Shown here: in pieces, positions 40,326 through 54,254 of the stretch
Layout of the letters: the number at the start of each line of letters is the position of its first letter
Position numbering within the stretch: position 1 is the stretch's first letter
Source: Phoronis australis
Lineage: Eukaryota > Animalia > Phoronida
Length of the DNA stretch: 64,000 bases
NCBI GenBank assembly: GCA_002633005.1
Contig: NMRA01000567.1
Location: 192,954-256,953, forward strand
Direction of reading: 5' to 3'
The notes under the pieces: generated by a model
Database searches by the model: none
Seen by the model: only the letters and a program-made list of their open reading frames with translations
What the model was told of the DNA's origin: nothing
Position numbers and translations under genes: made by a program

Positions 40326-41243
40326 TTTTTATGTGCCCACGTATACATCTGTTGGTGCATATTGCCATCATCTCTGTCTGGGCATCCTCTGCTGTATTCC
40401 CCAAACCCTTTGCAAATGTGTTCATAGAGATCTAATTAAGGATGACGGCAACTTTTCGACATATCCTACTTTTGCTATACATTTTTGTTTTTGCGTTTTT
40501 CTGTGTGTATACCGAGTTCCTTGACAGAATTACATGAAATTTGGCAAAGAGGCTCTTCCAATGACATATTCTGCCATTTGTATTATTTATTATTTTTGTG
40601 TCTGCCAAAGCACTAAAAATCATGAAACTTGGCAGAAACTGTGCTAAGGAGAGCATGACTGACGATTTTCAGACAAGCATCACTACAGCAGTGCCCTCTA
40701 GTGCAAGTTTTTTGCCTCTGCCTCAATTTCTACCAAGTTTCGTGATAGACCTTCATTAAAATTGTTCTGTGTTTAACTGTTGAGGAGCATGGCTGACGTT
40801 GCATATAATTTTTTATGAAGGTATAGATAGCGCCTGCAGTTTCAGATATTGTGATATGATTTATTGTTTTGTGGTCTGTTTTTTTTGCATTTGCTTCCCT
40901 ATCTGCAAACTGTTTGAAGAATCGTTATGGAAGTTGGCATATGTGTACCTATTCAAGAGAGTATATAGTCCGCATTAATTTACTGACTGTTCCCTCTGTA
41001 GTGCCCTAATAGCAATTTTAGTTTTCTTTGAATCTGCCTCTATATCCTACATGTTCTTCGATGTATCTTTGTGAAATTTCATCTCTGTGTTAATTTCCAA
41101 TGAGGAGAACTTGCACTAGTGTTGTTGGTTTTCAGATGATTTCAACTACCATGGAAATGTCTGAAAAATGAGCACCTTTTATTTCTTTATCATTTGTGGT
41201 GTACACGGTAGATGCATATCAACGCACTGAATTAACTCCTGTT
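40326..41243 (+). mobile_element. Older copy of the same HINE family, in the fucosyltransferase 3' region
   Basis: The 5' end tttttATGTGCCCAC...ggtgcatattgccatcatctctgtc and the 3' end catttgtggt...gatgcatatcaacgc...ctgtt align by eye to the ends of the 60780-62499 element. Internal units contain gtgccctctagtg and gaaatttggc. Confidence 0.65.
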
Positions 41244-41486
41244 CAATGACATGGTGCTGCATCAGCTGCGAACACAGTATTTACTACAAGGGTTTCTGTA
41301 AGTGTTTCACTGAACCTGCATTAGGCACTAACTGCTTTGGTTAATTAATTACATGTATTTAATAGTGTGGCTTTGTTATTGGTGCATATTGTTTGATGTT
41401 GCCATATTATATATATATATTTTGCAACAGAAATCAATCGTCCTAAAAAGTAAGTTTTCTAACTTTAGCATCGTGTTAATTATTCG

Positions 41487-41510
41487 CACACACACACACA
41501 CACACACACA
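41487..41510. repeat. (CA)n microsatellite
   Basis: A cacaca run is directly visible. Confidence 0.9.
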
Positions 41511-41630
41511 AAGTGGCATTTGTATCCACTAATAACAGTGTATTGTAGTTAAGTCAAGATATTTGCTAATCATGTTCGTTATTGGTGTTTACACTCGTCT
41601 ATTGTTATGCATATTTAACTTGCAACAGAC

Positions 41631-41884
41631 CAGGGGCCTGTTCCAAGAAACTGACTTAAGTTCATTTTTGACTTAAGTTTAAGATTTGTCTTAAATTCCA
41701 AACTTTGAAACTTCCACACTCTGTTAGTTAGTGAAATTTAAGACAAAACTTAAATCACACAATTAATCCAAACTTAAGATCTCTTTCCTGAATTAGTTAT
41801 GAGACAAATTTAACTTTGATTTTAAAATTTACTAAAATTTAGGATTTGTCTTAGCTAAGTCAGTTTTGTTGGAACAGGCCCCTG
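41631..41884. mobile_element. MITE with GGGGCCTGTTCCAA TIRs (PIF/Harbinger-like)
   Basis: caggggcctgttccaagaaactgacttaag ... taagtcagttttgttggaacaggcccctg. Related TIR elements at ~2737-3010, 13986-14235, 41981-42522 and 49925-50345. The superfamily assignment is inference. Confidence 0.75.
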
Positions 41885-44129
41885 CCCTCTATCAAAAATG
41901 CATAGCTTTGGATTCAGACCATTTGTCATCATAAACCTTGTCTCGTCTCATTCCTTATTCAAATTTTAGGTGATTTATTTTGGGGTCAGTTTCATAAAGT
42001 GACTGAAGACTAAAATCAGAAATTTGGTCTTCTTCTCCATACAACAATTTTTGAAAAAAATAATTGAATCTCCCTTGAGCAAAAGTATAGTCTTTGAGAA
42101 TACACATTAGAACTTTTACTGAGATATTCTATCAATTATTTTTAAGCTGTAGTCATAATTATACAGTTAGACGAACTTACCTTAAGTGAAGGATGACTGT
42201 AATTTTATGTATCCCCAGAATTCCCCCAGAGTGCTAACATGNAAACTTCCAAGATGATTATATAGGATAAGAAGAAAATGCTCAGTAGCAAAGAGTTATG
42301 CAATTGAGCGTGGTCGCGGTATAACTTGCGCGAAAAAACCTTCCAAAGGAAAAACACGTCTTCCTCCAGAAGATAAGTCCGTGGAATGGTTCGCTTTGCG
42401 CATGTCCGTATCTCATGGTAGTACTCGGGGGAATTCTGGGAGGAATAAAATTACTTGGCTAAACCTTTATTTAACAATTGTGTAGAAGGAACGCAAGACC
42501 CAATTTTATGAAACAGACCCCTGGCCTTGTGAACAACTGACAGTTTGTTTTTGTTGCTTGAGACAATGTTCAATAAGTTGGCTCATCACCATGATCAATG
42601 ATGAACTATTGGTTCCCACACAAAAATCAATTATTATCTAAGGAACAGACCCAGACTAGTTTTATAACATTTACTTGCAGTCTGTATCAGAAGTAGCTTA
42701 CTTGATAGATGGTGGGTTTTAGCAGTGGTAGATAAATGTTTATGAAACTATGACAGCATTCCTATACCATTGATATTGGTATATACACAACGTGTATCCA
42801 TATACATATATATCTACATACCCGTGTGTTAGAATATTTTTGTCGGTTTTGTTGTTGTTTTTGTTCAAGTGGTACCATTTAATTTATGGTTTTCGTTTTT
42901 AAGAATGGTTATCTTATGTTTTTAGTAAAATAAATACATTGTTATCCAACTTCTTGTATGTCAGTTTTTATTCTCAAACCCAGCTTCCATTTCAGTTTCA
43001 ACTTCTGTGTAGAATGGTCTCATCGAGTGGTTTAGTTTCTGCTATTCATTAGCATAGTTAGGAACATGCAAATGCATCTTTCAACCAAATCACTTTCTGA
43101 GGAAAACCCTTTATAAAGTCAAAACATGCATTATTCAGATTTTTGCTTAAAAGGACATTTTTAGTTATTAGCATTCATGGGTGGTGCGACTACAAGTTAA
43201 ATGCATTGTTAGAACACTGGTATTTATTGAGCGAGATTTATCGCCACCCGCAGAGCTCATTTTATTGCAACTGCAAACATTTCTGGTTTGAAAATCACTT
43301 TTCTTGCCACGTGACTGTTCTAGTTCATCTACTTGGACCTTCAGACAAGTCTCAGTCATGTTGGATCAGAATTGAACAATTAAACTGTATTTACAAAACA
43401 TTTATTACTTGAAAACATTTTCCAACTAAGGACTGGTTTGCACTAAATTTCATCAGTTGGGCTCTGCGACTTAATAAAAAATAAAGCTTTTGCTGTGTTT
43501 AGGTTAGATACAGAAGTTGCCCTGGTTATTCAGGTGTAAGTTAGGAAACAAAGATATCACATAAAAGCTGTGCTGTTAATCGATGCTTTTTAAGTACCAT
43601 TTGTATTGTCATACTTATTGTTCTAAAAGATCGCATTTTATGGTTGTTTCCGTGTACACAAATGTGTTTGTGATAATACCATGAAGTAGGCACACGCAAC
43701 GTGTCTTTATTACTGTACCTCAAAATCACAAGTACAGATAATATTCATGAATGTATACTTTGCATGAAGAATCTTACTTCTACCTGTAGCAGAAACGGAG
43801 ATTTGATGAAAGTTTCTTCAACGTGTATAGTGTATTTGATGGAAAGAAAGAGTGTATTGTGTTGTACAACTATAAGTAGCAGTTGGAGATCATGCCCATG
43901 CAATACAAAATTTGAACAAAATCTAAAATTCTCTTCTCTAGACATTGCACCAACATTTTTGTACCTGGTTTCTGGTGATGACCCACCTACACCTTGGATA
44001 AGAAATCAGCAAAACCCAATGCTTCTTTCCCATAATACACCAACAACTTCAATATCAAATATCGACATGAATGCACTAATAGGGAGAAAAATGATATTCA
44101 GCACTAAAAACAATCGTGGTTTCTTAAAA

Positions 44130-45538
44130 GTGTGTGTACTTTGATGACTCCTAGCAAAAGACTTGTCTGCAGACAGTATAATTCTATAGTCTTTCACCAG
44201 TGTGTACTTTGATGACTCCTAGCAAAAGACTTGTCTGCAGACAGTATAATTCTATAGTCTTTCACCACGGTGTATGCTTGTGTGGCTGCCAAAATTACTA
44301 CTCCCACTAAAGATTTGCTACAGAGAGTTTCTCACCAGTTCATACCCTTGAGTGTTGAATTAGATTACACTTCAACATGAAACCCCTTTCCACACTGTAT
44401 GGTCTCTCACCAGTGTGTTTTTGTGTGCACAGTAAGACCACTGATTTTACACAGCTTTCCACAGATGGTGCAACTGTATGGCTTCCCACTGGAGCACATT
44501 CTTGAGACTTAATTAGATTCTTGATCAGTTTCAAACCTATTCCACAGATGGCATAACAATAGGGTCTCTCATCAGAGTGTGTTCTTGTGTGGCCAGCTAG
44601 ATTACTTGATGGAAACAATTACCCACAGATAGCACAACAGTATTGCTTTTCACCAGTGTGTATTCTTGTGGGTTGAGTTGGACCACCATTGACTTCATAA
44701 TACTTTCCACAGATGGGACAGCTATATGGTTTCTCATCAGTGTGTGTTTTTGTCGCTAACTATGTCACTCCTTGACAAAAAAGAATTTCTACAGAAAGCA
44801 AAATTGAAAGGCGTCTCACTAGGATGTCTTCTTGTGTGTGTAATTAGATTACTGCACCTCCTTAAAACTCATTCCCCAGATGGCACAACTGTATGGTCTC
44901 TCGTCAGTGTCAGCTCGTGTGTGGCCAGTCAGAACACTGTTGCATGCAGGACTTTCCACATACATAACAGCTGTATGGTCTCTCACCAGTGTGTGTTCTT
45001 GTGCGGATAGTTAGATCCTTCTTGCTCCCAAAAGACTATCCACACATGCCACAAATTTGTGGTAAAGATGCGAGTTCGTAATAGCTTAAAAATGTTGCGT
45101 TTCATACAACCGTACAGTTTCTTCCTCGTGTGTGCGCCGCAAGATTGTGCCTTGTCCCATATCCTTAGCTGTATTTATTGCAGTGATATTGCACATCACT
45201 ACGACTTTTGTTACCCATAGTAAAGTCACCAGTCATAGCCTCACTGCTACCTTCTACATGAAGGGTAATCGTCACACTCCAGCTTGAACTCTGTAGGTAC
45301 AAATATACCGTTACCCACAGAACAGCCCAATTCATCGTAACTATCCTGGTATTTAATACCCTACTGTTTGATATAACCATCTTCTTCACTAAGCTCTCTT
45401 CCACTGTCAACAGTATCAACTCCAAGACCCTTATTCCCGCCTCTTAACGTTGCTTCGCACTCTTCACAAACTCTTGGTGTAACAACTCATCAGGTTTTTG
45501 CATGATCACAGCAGTTTTCTTTGTTCATAGTGAAGACA
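44130..45538 (-). pseudogene. Decayed terminal exon of a C2H2 zinc-finger gene: acidic linker plus roughly ten degenerate fingers
   Basis: Repeated HTGERPY/HSDERPY linkers and CxxCGK motifs occur in shifting frames with many stops. Acceptor ttttag at 45539. Confidence 0.85.
44133..44267. repeat. Perfect tandem duplication with a 68-bp period
   Basis: tgtgtactttgatgactcctagcaaaagacttgtctgcagacagtataattctatagtctttcacca occurs at 44133 and 44201. Confidence 0.95.
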
Positions 45539-47979
45539 CTAAAATTAGAAATACTGACATGAAGAAATACAAAATTGACAACTTCAATTACACACATTGC
45601 CTCAACACGTACAGCTAAGATAAGGTAATGATAAAATCACACCAATTTCAGACTCAATTTGGCGGACAAGTGAAATTTTATTTCATCATTTTTCCATGAC
45701 TAGACGTAGTGCATAATTAAATACTTTTCCGCATTATAGTTTTGTACCACATCTACAACGGAACAAATGTTTTGAAAAATTGTAGGCATTCATGACTGTT
45801 GTGTTCAAAACTCTCACATAACTGAAAAATGTGATTTTGGGGAATTCTTTTTGTGTGAAAGTGTGATTTTATCGTATTTGTTTTAAGTCTGAATTTTTAA
45901 AGCTAAATTTTCAAAGTAGATAATGTAACGTTTCCAGCATTATAATCTGTCATGATTCAAGACTTTTGAGATAAGCTACTTGGAGCACTGCTTCTAAAAC
46001 TTTATATCAGGTGTCAGCAACTTATGGCTAGCAAGTTAGCATGTAAACCATGGCAACCATGTAAAAATATAACACACCAGCATGGCAGACATGTAAAGCA
46101 AAAAAAACTGTTATGTGGCGAACATAAAAGTACTACCACGCTGGCACGTAACATGTAGAATCCGCCAAGTAAAAAAGGGCAAACATGCAAGGTACTGCCT
46201 CACTAGAGAGAAGAGCACGGCAACCATGCAAAAGTGCGACACATTAGCCTGGCAAATGGTAGAGGTGTAATGTATGATCATCATAGAACTGTCAACAAAG
46301 ACATGCTTTCAATAGGCTTGGTAATTCTGGAAAGACAGCAGGGCGATAACCACCCAATGTGAATGACCAAACATTTATAATATATAAAAATTTACAACAA
46401 TAGATTTGACAATTCAAGTGCTCAAATACTGTTAAGAAACCAGTTAAAGTTTATTTTATTGGCAGGACGCTTCCATAAAGCATGGTTTTGGTTGTGATAC
46501 AGCTGAAACCTAAGTTTGCTGTGTACATATTGTTTAACAGTGGCCGATAAACTTACTATTAAACCAAGGACCCCAAATCAACTGGACAAATTATTAGGAG
46601 AGTGGTTGTGTGACCCCATTTCTAATGGGTTTGTTGCCGTTCATTGCATTGCTTTGCCGCTGGGACTATCAGAACTAATGTAGGATTTCTGGGCACATTA
46701 TAAAATTATTATAGGCTATGTAGGTGACATGTATTGTCACTGTATTATTTAGTTTACAAAAGACAGTTGTATTTGTGCAGATTTCACAAAATCAAGGCAT
46801 TCCTACCCTTTCCAAAACATAAGACTGGTCTTAGATGTCACCGGGGGAGCCCAACATATATGTGTCAGTTTTTGACAATGAAAAAAGCCCAGAGCTCAGG
46901 AATGTCTTTAATGATGACAAATAAGACACTTTTCCAAACAAAAATTCCAAGTAACACTTCACTGTTGATTAGTGATGAAATGATGAAATTCTGTTCAAGA
47001 CTACAATGAAAAAGACTGTCTCTGTTTTTAATTTACAGCCAATAATCGCACATAATATGTATGCCAGATAATTACAGTTCCAAAATTCAATACGAATGGT
47101 AAATATTCCATCCATGATTTTTTCAATTTAAGATCTTCATTCTTATGAGCTGTATCCATGATTTGATTCTCAATTTTTGTTCTGAAATTAGAACATTGAA
47201 GATGGTATATTGATTCGCACTTGGAAATTCTATATTAAATCCGAAAAAGAAAATGAATTTTTTTTGACAGACATTATTCCATTGGTTAAATTCTGCGATC
47301 ATTCCATTAATAAATTTTACAACCAATCACAATGCCCCAATTCTCAAAAAAAATAATTTGATAGATTGAAAGTTATAAAATATTTGCTCTCATGGCTGAT
47401 TGGGTTTATTCTTTAACTAGATGTCTATATATACCAGTACTTCCATTTGTTGAGACAGAACTTTCATGGAAGTCGGAATTGTTCAGCAAAAATCAGGCAA
47501 GAATGGACCACGAAACATGTGCCTCCAGAATATGCGATCGTCTGTGTTCTTCGTTGTGGCAGGAGTAATTACTAGATATTGAATGTTGCATATTTTTTAC
47601 AGGGAGAAATTGAAAAGATACGCATAACTTTCTGAGAACGTGTAAGGCACAACCTTTTTTATTTACTAGAGATTTCGACATCATTTATAGCAACCTCAAA
47701 TTTTGTTTTGTAACCTGGGATTTTCACCAAGTCGCCAAATGACACATAGAATCAAGCTAAGCATTAAGCACTGCATTTCTAATGATACGGTGGGACTTTC
47801 CTGTAACGACATCACCTTTGATTTGATAGTATTTTGCTCAATACAACTACCTGATGTTACTCTGAGGGTCTTTTCATGAAAAGTGACTTATGACTTAAGA
47901 CACAACTTTGAGACTCTCGACATAAATATGTTTTTAAATGCACCAAGAGACCATACCCTTAACCTCCTTGCTACATTCA

Positions 47980-48295
47980 CTACACTGCTACACCATGCAC
48001 ACCACCAACACTGTTGTTGGCGGATGCAGTTGTATCATTTGTTATAGCCACGCTGTTACCTTGTACATTGGTGTACTCATCACACTCCATTTCAAATTCC
48101 GTTGGTACAAATATGCTGGTATCCACGGAGCACACCACTTGATCATTATCGCCAATAGCATTACATTCTTGGCTACGCTGGTCATTCTGATTGCTAACAT
48201 TTTGTCCCTCACTATTTACTAACTCCTTGTAGCTCAGTTCATAAGAAGGTTCTTGATTGATCACCAATCCAAAGCAGTTTTCCTTATTCACAACT
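47980..48295 (-). CDS. Probable exon 2 (acidic linker) of the ZNF gene, ending in an in-frame stop
   Basis: Acceptor ttttcag| at 48296 is phase-2 compatible with exon 1. Reads VVNKENCFGLV...CSVDTSIFVPTEFEMECDEY..., paralogous to the linker at 45265-45530. TAG at 47980 comes before the best donor (~47957). Confidence 0.55.
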
Positions 48296-49400
48296 CTGAA
48301 AATGGAAACATAGAAACTGTAAAGGAATTCACCACAGAAATTTCTTTTATTGCATATGCTGTCTTAACAAACACACCCAGTACATGACTTATAATTTGCA
48401 TTCATCAGGTCTTACCAGACTGGATACCACGATCAGTCACAGCACAGCAATGACAAGATTGTGCCTAGTAATTTAAACGGTTTCTACCACCTTTTTTATT
48501 TTGCCACTGATTTGAAATGCTTTTGTCAACAACATGTGTACTTTATGGTTTCACTGTCATAGTAATCCAGTATAGTTAGTTTCACATATTTGTGCACAAT
48601 TATTTACACTACCATTTCTCTTTAAACATGAAAATTAACTTTATACTCATTTTAAAACTACCTGGTTGACTTTTCAACATCTTCTGATTTGAATAATTCC
48701 TCAGTGTCTTCAAAACTGAAAAAATTAGGAAATACATGCAAATGAATGTTGTACATGTGATTCTAAGGTTACTAATGGCACTGATCTCCATGTACTGTGT
48801 ACTCATATACACATGCTAACGGCTCCAAATACCAGTGAGAATATTCGAGGTGTGTAATAAAAGTAATCACAACTTCTGATCACCTCATAACAAGCTTCAT
48901 TTCTCCCTGTTTAGGTGGCTGAAAAAAAAATTAAATTACATTTACTTTTTTAAAATCAAGCCCTATTGTCACAGTAGCTCTCAGGGTCTCAAAAATTATG
49001 CACCATCTTCAGGGACTTGTTCTCTGATACCAGCGAGAACACACAAAACTTCCAACACGCCAAGAAATGCATTGGACAATCGGTGATTAAACTTGGGATG
49101 GTCAACCACGATATTCGAAAATGGAGTTCAGGAACTTTCACACAAAATAGGTCAGTCACATGACATAACAGTGACCATTTCTTGAGAGCATATCGCAGTT
49201 CAGCTGCTGGTTTTGGCACTTCAGATAAGAGCTCAAAAGCGATATGTTAGTGTGCGTCTGTGTGTCAGTGTGTGCGTGTTCAACAGATCCATAACGAGGA
49301 ACGACAATGCATTAAATGTTACACAACTTTATGGATGACTTTTTTAATGCCTATTGCATTCCAAGAGTCTCAGGTCATGGAAGGCAATAGCATTCCAGTA

Positions 49401-49799
49401 CCGGGATTTTCCATAGATAAGCCCACCTGATGAAACGACCATGGGCGTTTATTCGGAAAATTATGCTGAATAAACGCTTATGGGAGTTACAACTTCACGT
49501 GTCCTAAGTGGGGCATTTATTCGAAAAAGTTAAAAGCCCACTAAGCGTCAACTTTTAGTCACAAACTCAGTTTTGTGGAGCATTTATCATTTATAAAACT
49601 AAGTGCTGGGGATCTATGCATTTCTTAGCATATTTAAAAACACAGTTTTAAGTTAAAATGTTCAAGTCTGGAAACCTATGACTTTCCCTTTACATGCCCC
49701 CCTTTCCAGGCATTTATTTGGTGTTACTAAAATGCCTGATTTTTTTCATTTTCCAAATGCACACCGCCGACCCATGGACTAATCGACAGAAAATCCTGG
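49401..49799. mobile_element. About 400-bp MITE (Tc1/mariner-like), copy 2
   Basis: ta|CCGGGATTTTCCATAGATAAGCCCA...GAAAATCCTGG|ta, flanked by TA. Internal sequence aaaagcccactaagcgtcaacttt is shared with copy 1. Confidence 0.8.
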
Positions 49800-51519
49800 T
49801 AAGGCGACCTATAGACAAATCCCCGAGATAATTACACCACAGGGAAATGTGCTCACTGCTCAGCCCTGCGTACAATACAGATGAACATTTGACGACTAAG
49901 ATGCTGCTGAAGACGTAGTCTTCTATGCTCGGTTGAATGAAGCAATCCTAAACAGGGACTCAACTAAGTTCCCTAAATCTGCTGCATATTTGTGGACTTG
50001 AGTGCCCTTTTATATACTGTTTTAGTTTCATTACTGAGTCAACTTTTGGCTTTGATACAAATCGAGAGTGAACTGGACCTTGAATTCTCAATATTATATC
50101 GAAAACGTATCTAGGGATCTTTTCATGCAACGTTCCTAAGTCCTATTCATTTTCATTGTTGAATTCAGGGCTCACTTACACTTGTATTATTAGAAATTGT
50201 CTTTAGTCAAAGATTTGATTAAAATGAAGATGAAATGATAGAAAAAGATTACATCTGTGAGTAAACAAGGACGCAAATAGGCAAAAGATTTAGGGAACTT
50301 AAATTTGAGTCCATATTTGGGACTGTTTCATGCAACCCGGCTCTGGGATTAAAAAATACAGGGAAAGGTTATTCAGTGCCAATTCTAAAACAATTGAGTA
50401 AAAACTGGAATATCATTTGATGAAGCGAGCAAAATTTAACATCAATAACTCCCAGAACGGCCAGAAGGAATACATAGTTTTTAACGAGCAAGACATTTTT
50501 GTCAGCAGCTAAAACTAAGTGTGAAACAATACTGAGAGCATCTACCATAGGGCTTGATTCAGATGATTTAAGTAGATGTGTTGAGCAGGACATTTTAGGA
50601 CCAAACATAGCTCCTCATCAATCAGAAACCAAAATGTGTTATCTCAGAAATCTCTACACAGATTGGCTGAACACCTTGAGGCAATGCATTGCTTACTCAA
50701 AAGTTACCAGCAGCTCCCTGGGATACTAAGTGGCTTTCAGTTGGCAAGTTACCCATGAGGATCACTAATCTGTATACAATTAACTAAAACTTGGCCTAGT
50801 TTAGTGGACCACCTGCAGACATGGTCAAGCAACTGACATCATGAATGAGGGATATGCAAATTCAAATTACATACCATTCTCCTGGAGTGTAAAAATCAAG
50901 AATTTCCACTATCACGATCTAATCTAGAATCACGCTCACTTTAATATGTCAAGCATGCCTTTTGTGTTTGTACACAATATTGTGGTCAGGGCTTACAGTT
51001 CCAAAAAGGAATCAACAGGTGAAAGTTAGACTAATTTCTCTGAGAGTCAGCTTTTTTCTCTATTCCAAGTTTTTTGGAGAAAGTATTTCATACGAAAAAC
51101 ATCTGCATCACCACATTTGTTGAAAGTCGTTGGCATATAGCAGTTTTAAATATCGGTAAGCGTCAGGCGTGCTGTTAAGTTACAACCTAGGAACCAGGTT
51201 CCTACTTACAACATTATTGCTGAATTACATGAGCATCAGATGAAAGCAGACAATAAGAGAGCTGGACAGTGTAAACATTGGATTGCAACTGTCAAACTGA
51301 TAAAGACACCCCAGCTGTATCCTGACTGGCCGATAAATCAGGATACTCATTCCACAGCACGGGTGCAGATCGAGGATTTTTAGTTGGGGGGGCAGGGCAG
51401 TTGTTTACAATATGACGACATTCGCACCCCTCGGACTGTCAAATAGAATTTGAGAGAATTTAACAGGGGGCAATGGCCCCCTTGCCCAACCCACCCTCCA
51501 TTATAAATCGTCCAGTGCA

Positions 51520-51651
51520 CCTAGCTTTTAACCATATATAAATAAAGCATAAAAATATTTCCAGGTGATCAGTGCAATAGGCCCACATGCGAGGCCTGCG
51601 CACGTCTGGTACAACGTGTATCAGACCGCCTGCAATTATTTTTTTTATAGC
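51520..51651 (+). mobile_element. 5'-truncated copy of the same SINE
   Basis: Near-identical to the reverse complement of 19028-19155. Confidence 0.7.
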
Positions 51652-54254
51652 TTTGCCCAGTGCTGACTGGGTATGGCTGATAAATTTGCACACCTGATTT
51701 AGATCAGATGGCGGCTGGTTGAAGGAGCATCATTTGAAAAAAAGTGAAAATTAAATTGTTGCCGAAAATGAAGAATATAATGGGACTATTCATAAAATTT
51801 ACATTAACTAGAGGGCGCGTGTGTACTAGTGGTGATAGATTAAGCAGCCTCGATTTCGCGAGCCCTTAAAATACATGGTGAAATGGCTTGCAGCCGTGCC
51901 AACTGAATCTGAGATTGCGTGAAGAGGGTGCTTCTATGAGAGGAAGTAAGCACGACCTTAAACAAAGGCAAGGTTTGTGATTATTTTAACGATTGTTCCA
52001 TGTTTATTCTGATGCCTGTTAACTGAGGTACTCACCGATGTCGACTTCGCGGCAGTTGCCAGTCGAGTTAGTCTGTTTGTTGTTATGTGTGTTACGATAC
52101 TTGACATAGCACTCGGGATTTTTTCGTACACTAAAGCAGTATTATTGTTTGAATGATTTCTAACAGGCTTATCAGTGACAGTTACATCAATCAATGCTGA
52201 ATGTTTATGCTGTCAACTCCATATTGGTTAGTGAGTTAAGATTACAATCCAAGCCCAATGGCAATTGGTAGGTAACAAATATCCATTAGACTATTTGTTT
52301 ACTCCCTATCCTATGTCTTCCGGAAATCTATTACACGTTGAAATGGAAATCTATCATGTCTGTTTTCACGTGACCTTTGGTTTTTAGGTTTGAGGGCTTG
52401 TACCGAGTACAGGAGATATGCAAGACTTCATAGCATTTCCACACACCAGCAGCGCTGCATGGCACAATGTACAAGTCAGTGGCCCTGGAGAAATGTGATT
52501 CGCAGTATTAAGTTACCATAAGACAATGTGCCAGTGGATTGTTTGTGTATGAAGATGAACTATGTCTGACTGCTACACAAGTCGTCCGGGAAATGACGTT
52601 CAGTAACGTTCAGTGACTGCATCGATTGTCTTACTGTCAGTAGAAAGCCCGTAAATGTTACACTTTTGATGATCAAATAAATGTTTCAACAGGCAAGTTT
52701 GTCACTAATTATTGAAACCACTATATTTCTTCAGTTTTAAAGCCTCATACAGTGCAGTTGTGCTTATTATTCATTATAAAAGCTGAAATGGTTACCAAAT
52801 GCGCTTGCAAATTGTCACTTTCCTGTTGACCTATAGAAATGTGCAGCAATCAAAATGAAGTATTTCCTTTGTTTGCATCTGATTTGTTTGTGCATGTATG
52901 TATTTTTGGAGCTTTCTTGAAAAGGCCTTTGAACAATTTTAAGTTTTGTGGTAACCAGTCTATGAACAAAAGTTCCACATGCAAGAAAAGTATGTTTTCA
53001 ACTGTAGCTAGCTGGATAAGAAACTTCTATGCACAAGATTCGAGAATAAGCAATTATCAGTGTATTTAAAAACAAAATGGCAAACTGAACTACATACATA
53101 CAAAGAAACAACATTGTTAAAACAACTGTAATTTTCCCAATGCAATGCAGTCCATAATCAGGCATATCAAGTGCAGAATTTCTGAATTAGGTTCAATTCT
53201 CTCGGGTTATTTCTGAAGGATTGCTTTTCACGTTGTCCAAAGGTAAAATAGACGGTCAGGCGGTTGGTTTGTCGTTTTCTCTCACCTGTAACAGAATAGA
53301 CAGAGAAATATTAGCAGATTACAAAAGAAAACACAAGACGAAACCATTTTTGTAAGGCAGAACATGCTTGACATTTCATTTCATGTTACTTTATATGTAG
53401 AAAATAATAATCTCTGTACCCAAGTCTTATTAAAGATCTGAATATAAATATGTAAAACCGGCTAAAAATGATTTAACAATGTGTATTTTTCATGACACCT
53501 ACAATGTGCTTCTGATCTCAACAAGTAATTCATTCTAAGTGTCAATTTTAGTCCAATGCAATGTTACAACATTTACTGGATACTGCTTATTCATGTTAAT
53601 TCGATAACTAATCGGTAAGTCCTGGGGGTGGGGTCCACTACAAGATAAGGAAACTCACTCATCTAGAGAATTTTATTGGACATAGCATAGCTTGAAGAGA
53701 AACTGTTGTGAAAAAGTCACCCTTAACTTCTGAGCGTCATGTACCATACACCTCTGGCTCTTATATTGGCCGCACTCCCACCAAGGACAATATGTGCATA
53801 TGTTATGCTAGCCTACAAGGCCTCCGAGTCCCAGGTGAGTTTCCGAAAATAAACACTTCATTCCACTCAATAAACCCATTCTTCAGTAGGGTAACTGGTG
53901 GGGATAACATCATCGAACGATGTCGATAGAAACTGACTGCTAAAGACTTACCAAGTAACGTTATGTAGTCACCCAAATGCATATAGGGGCTTCAGCATCC
54001 ACACACATTTTGTCAGTTGGTTGACCCTTTTGACCGCAATTCTTCACGAATGTAGTAACCTTAGGTCTTTTGGGAATTTGTGGCCACCTGTCGACGACTT
54101 GCACCAGGGAAAATAGCACTAATAAGGCTTAGCGCGACGACGTAATTTCATAACAATTCTGTCTTTTTACCAGCTGTTTATATGCAGACAGCGACGCATG
54201 CGCAATTCAATCACCACTAGTACAGCAGCGACACCGCAAGGAGAATTCTCCGAA

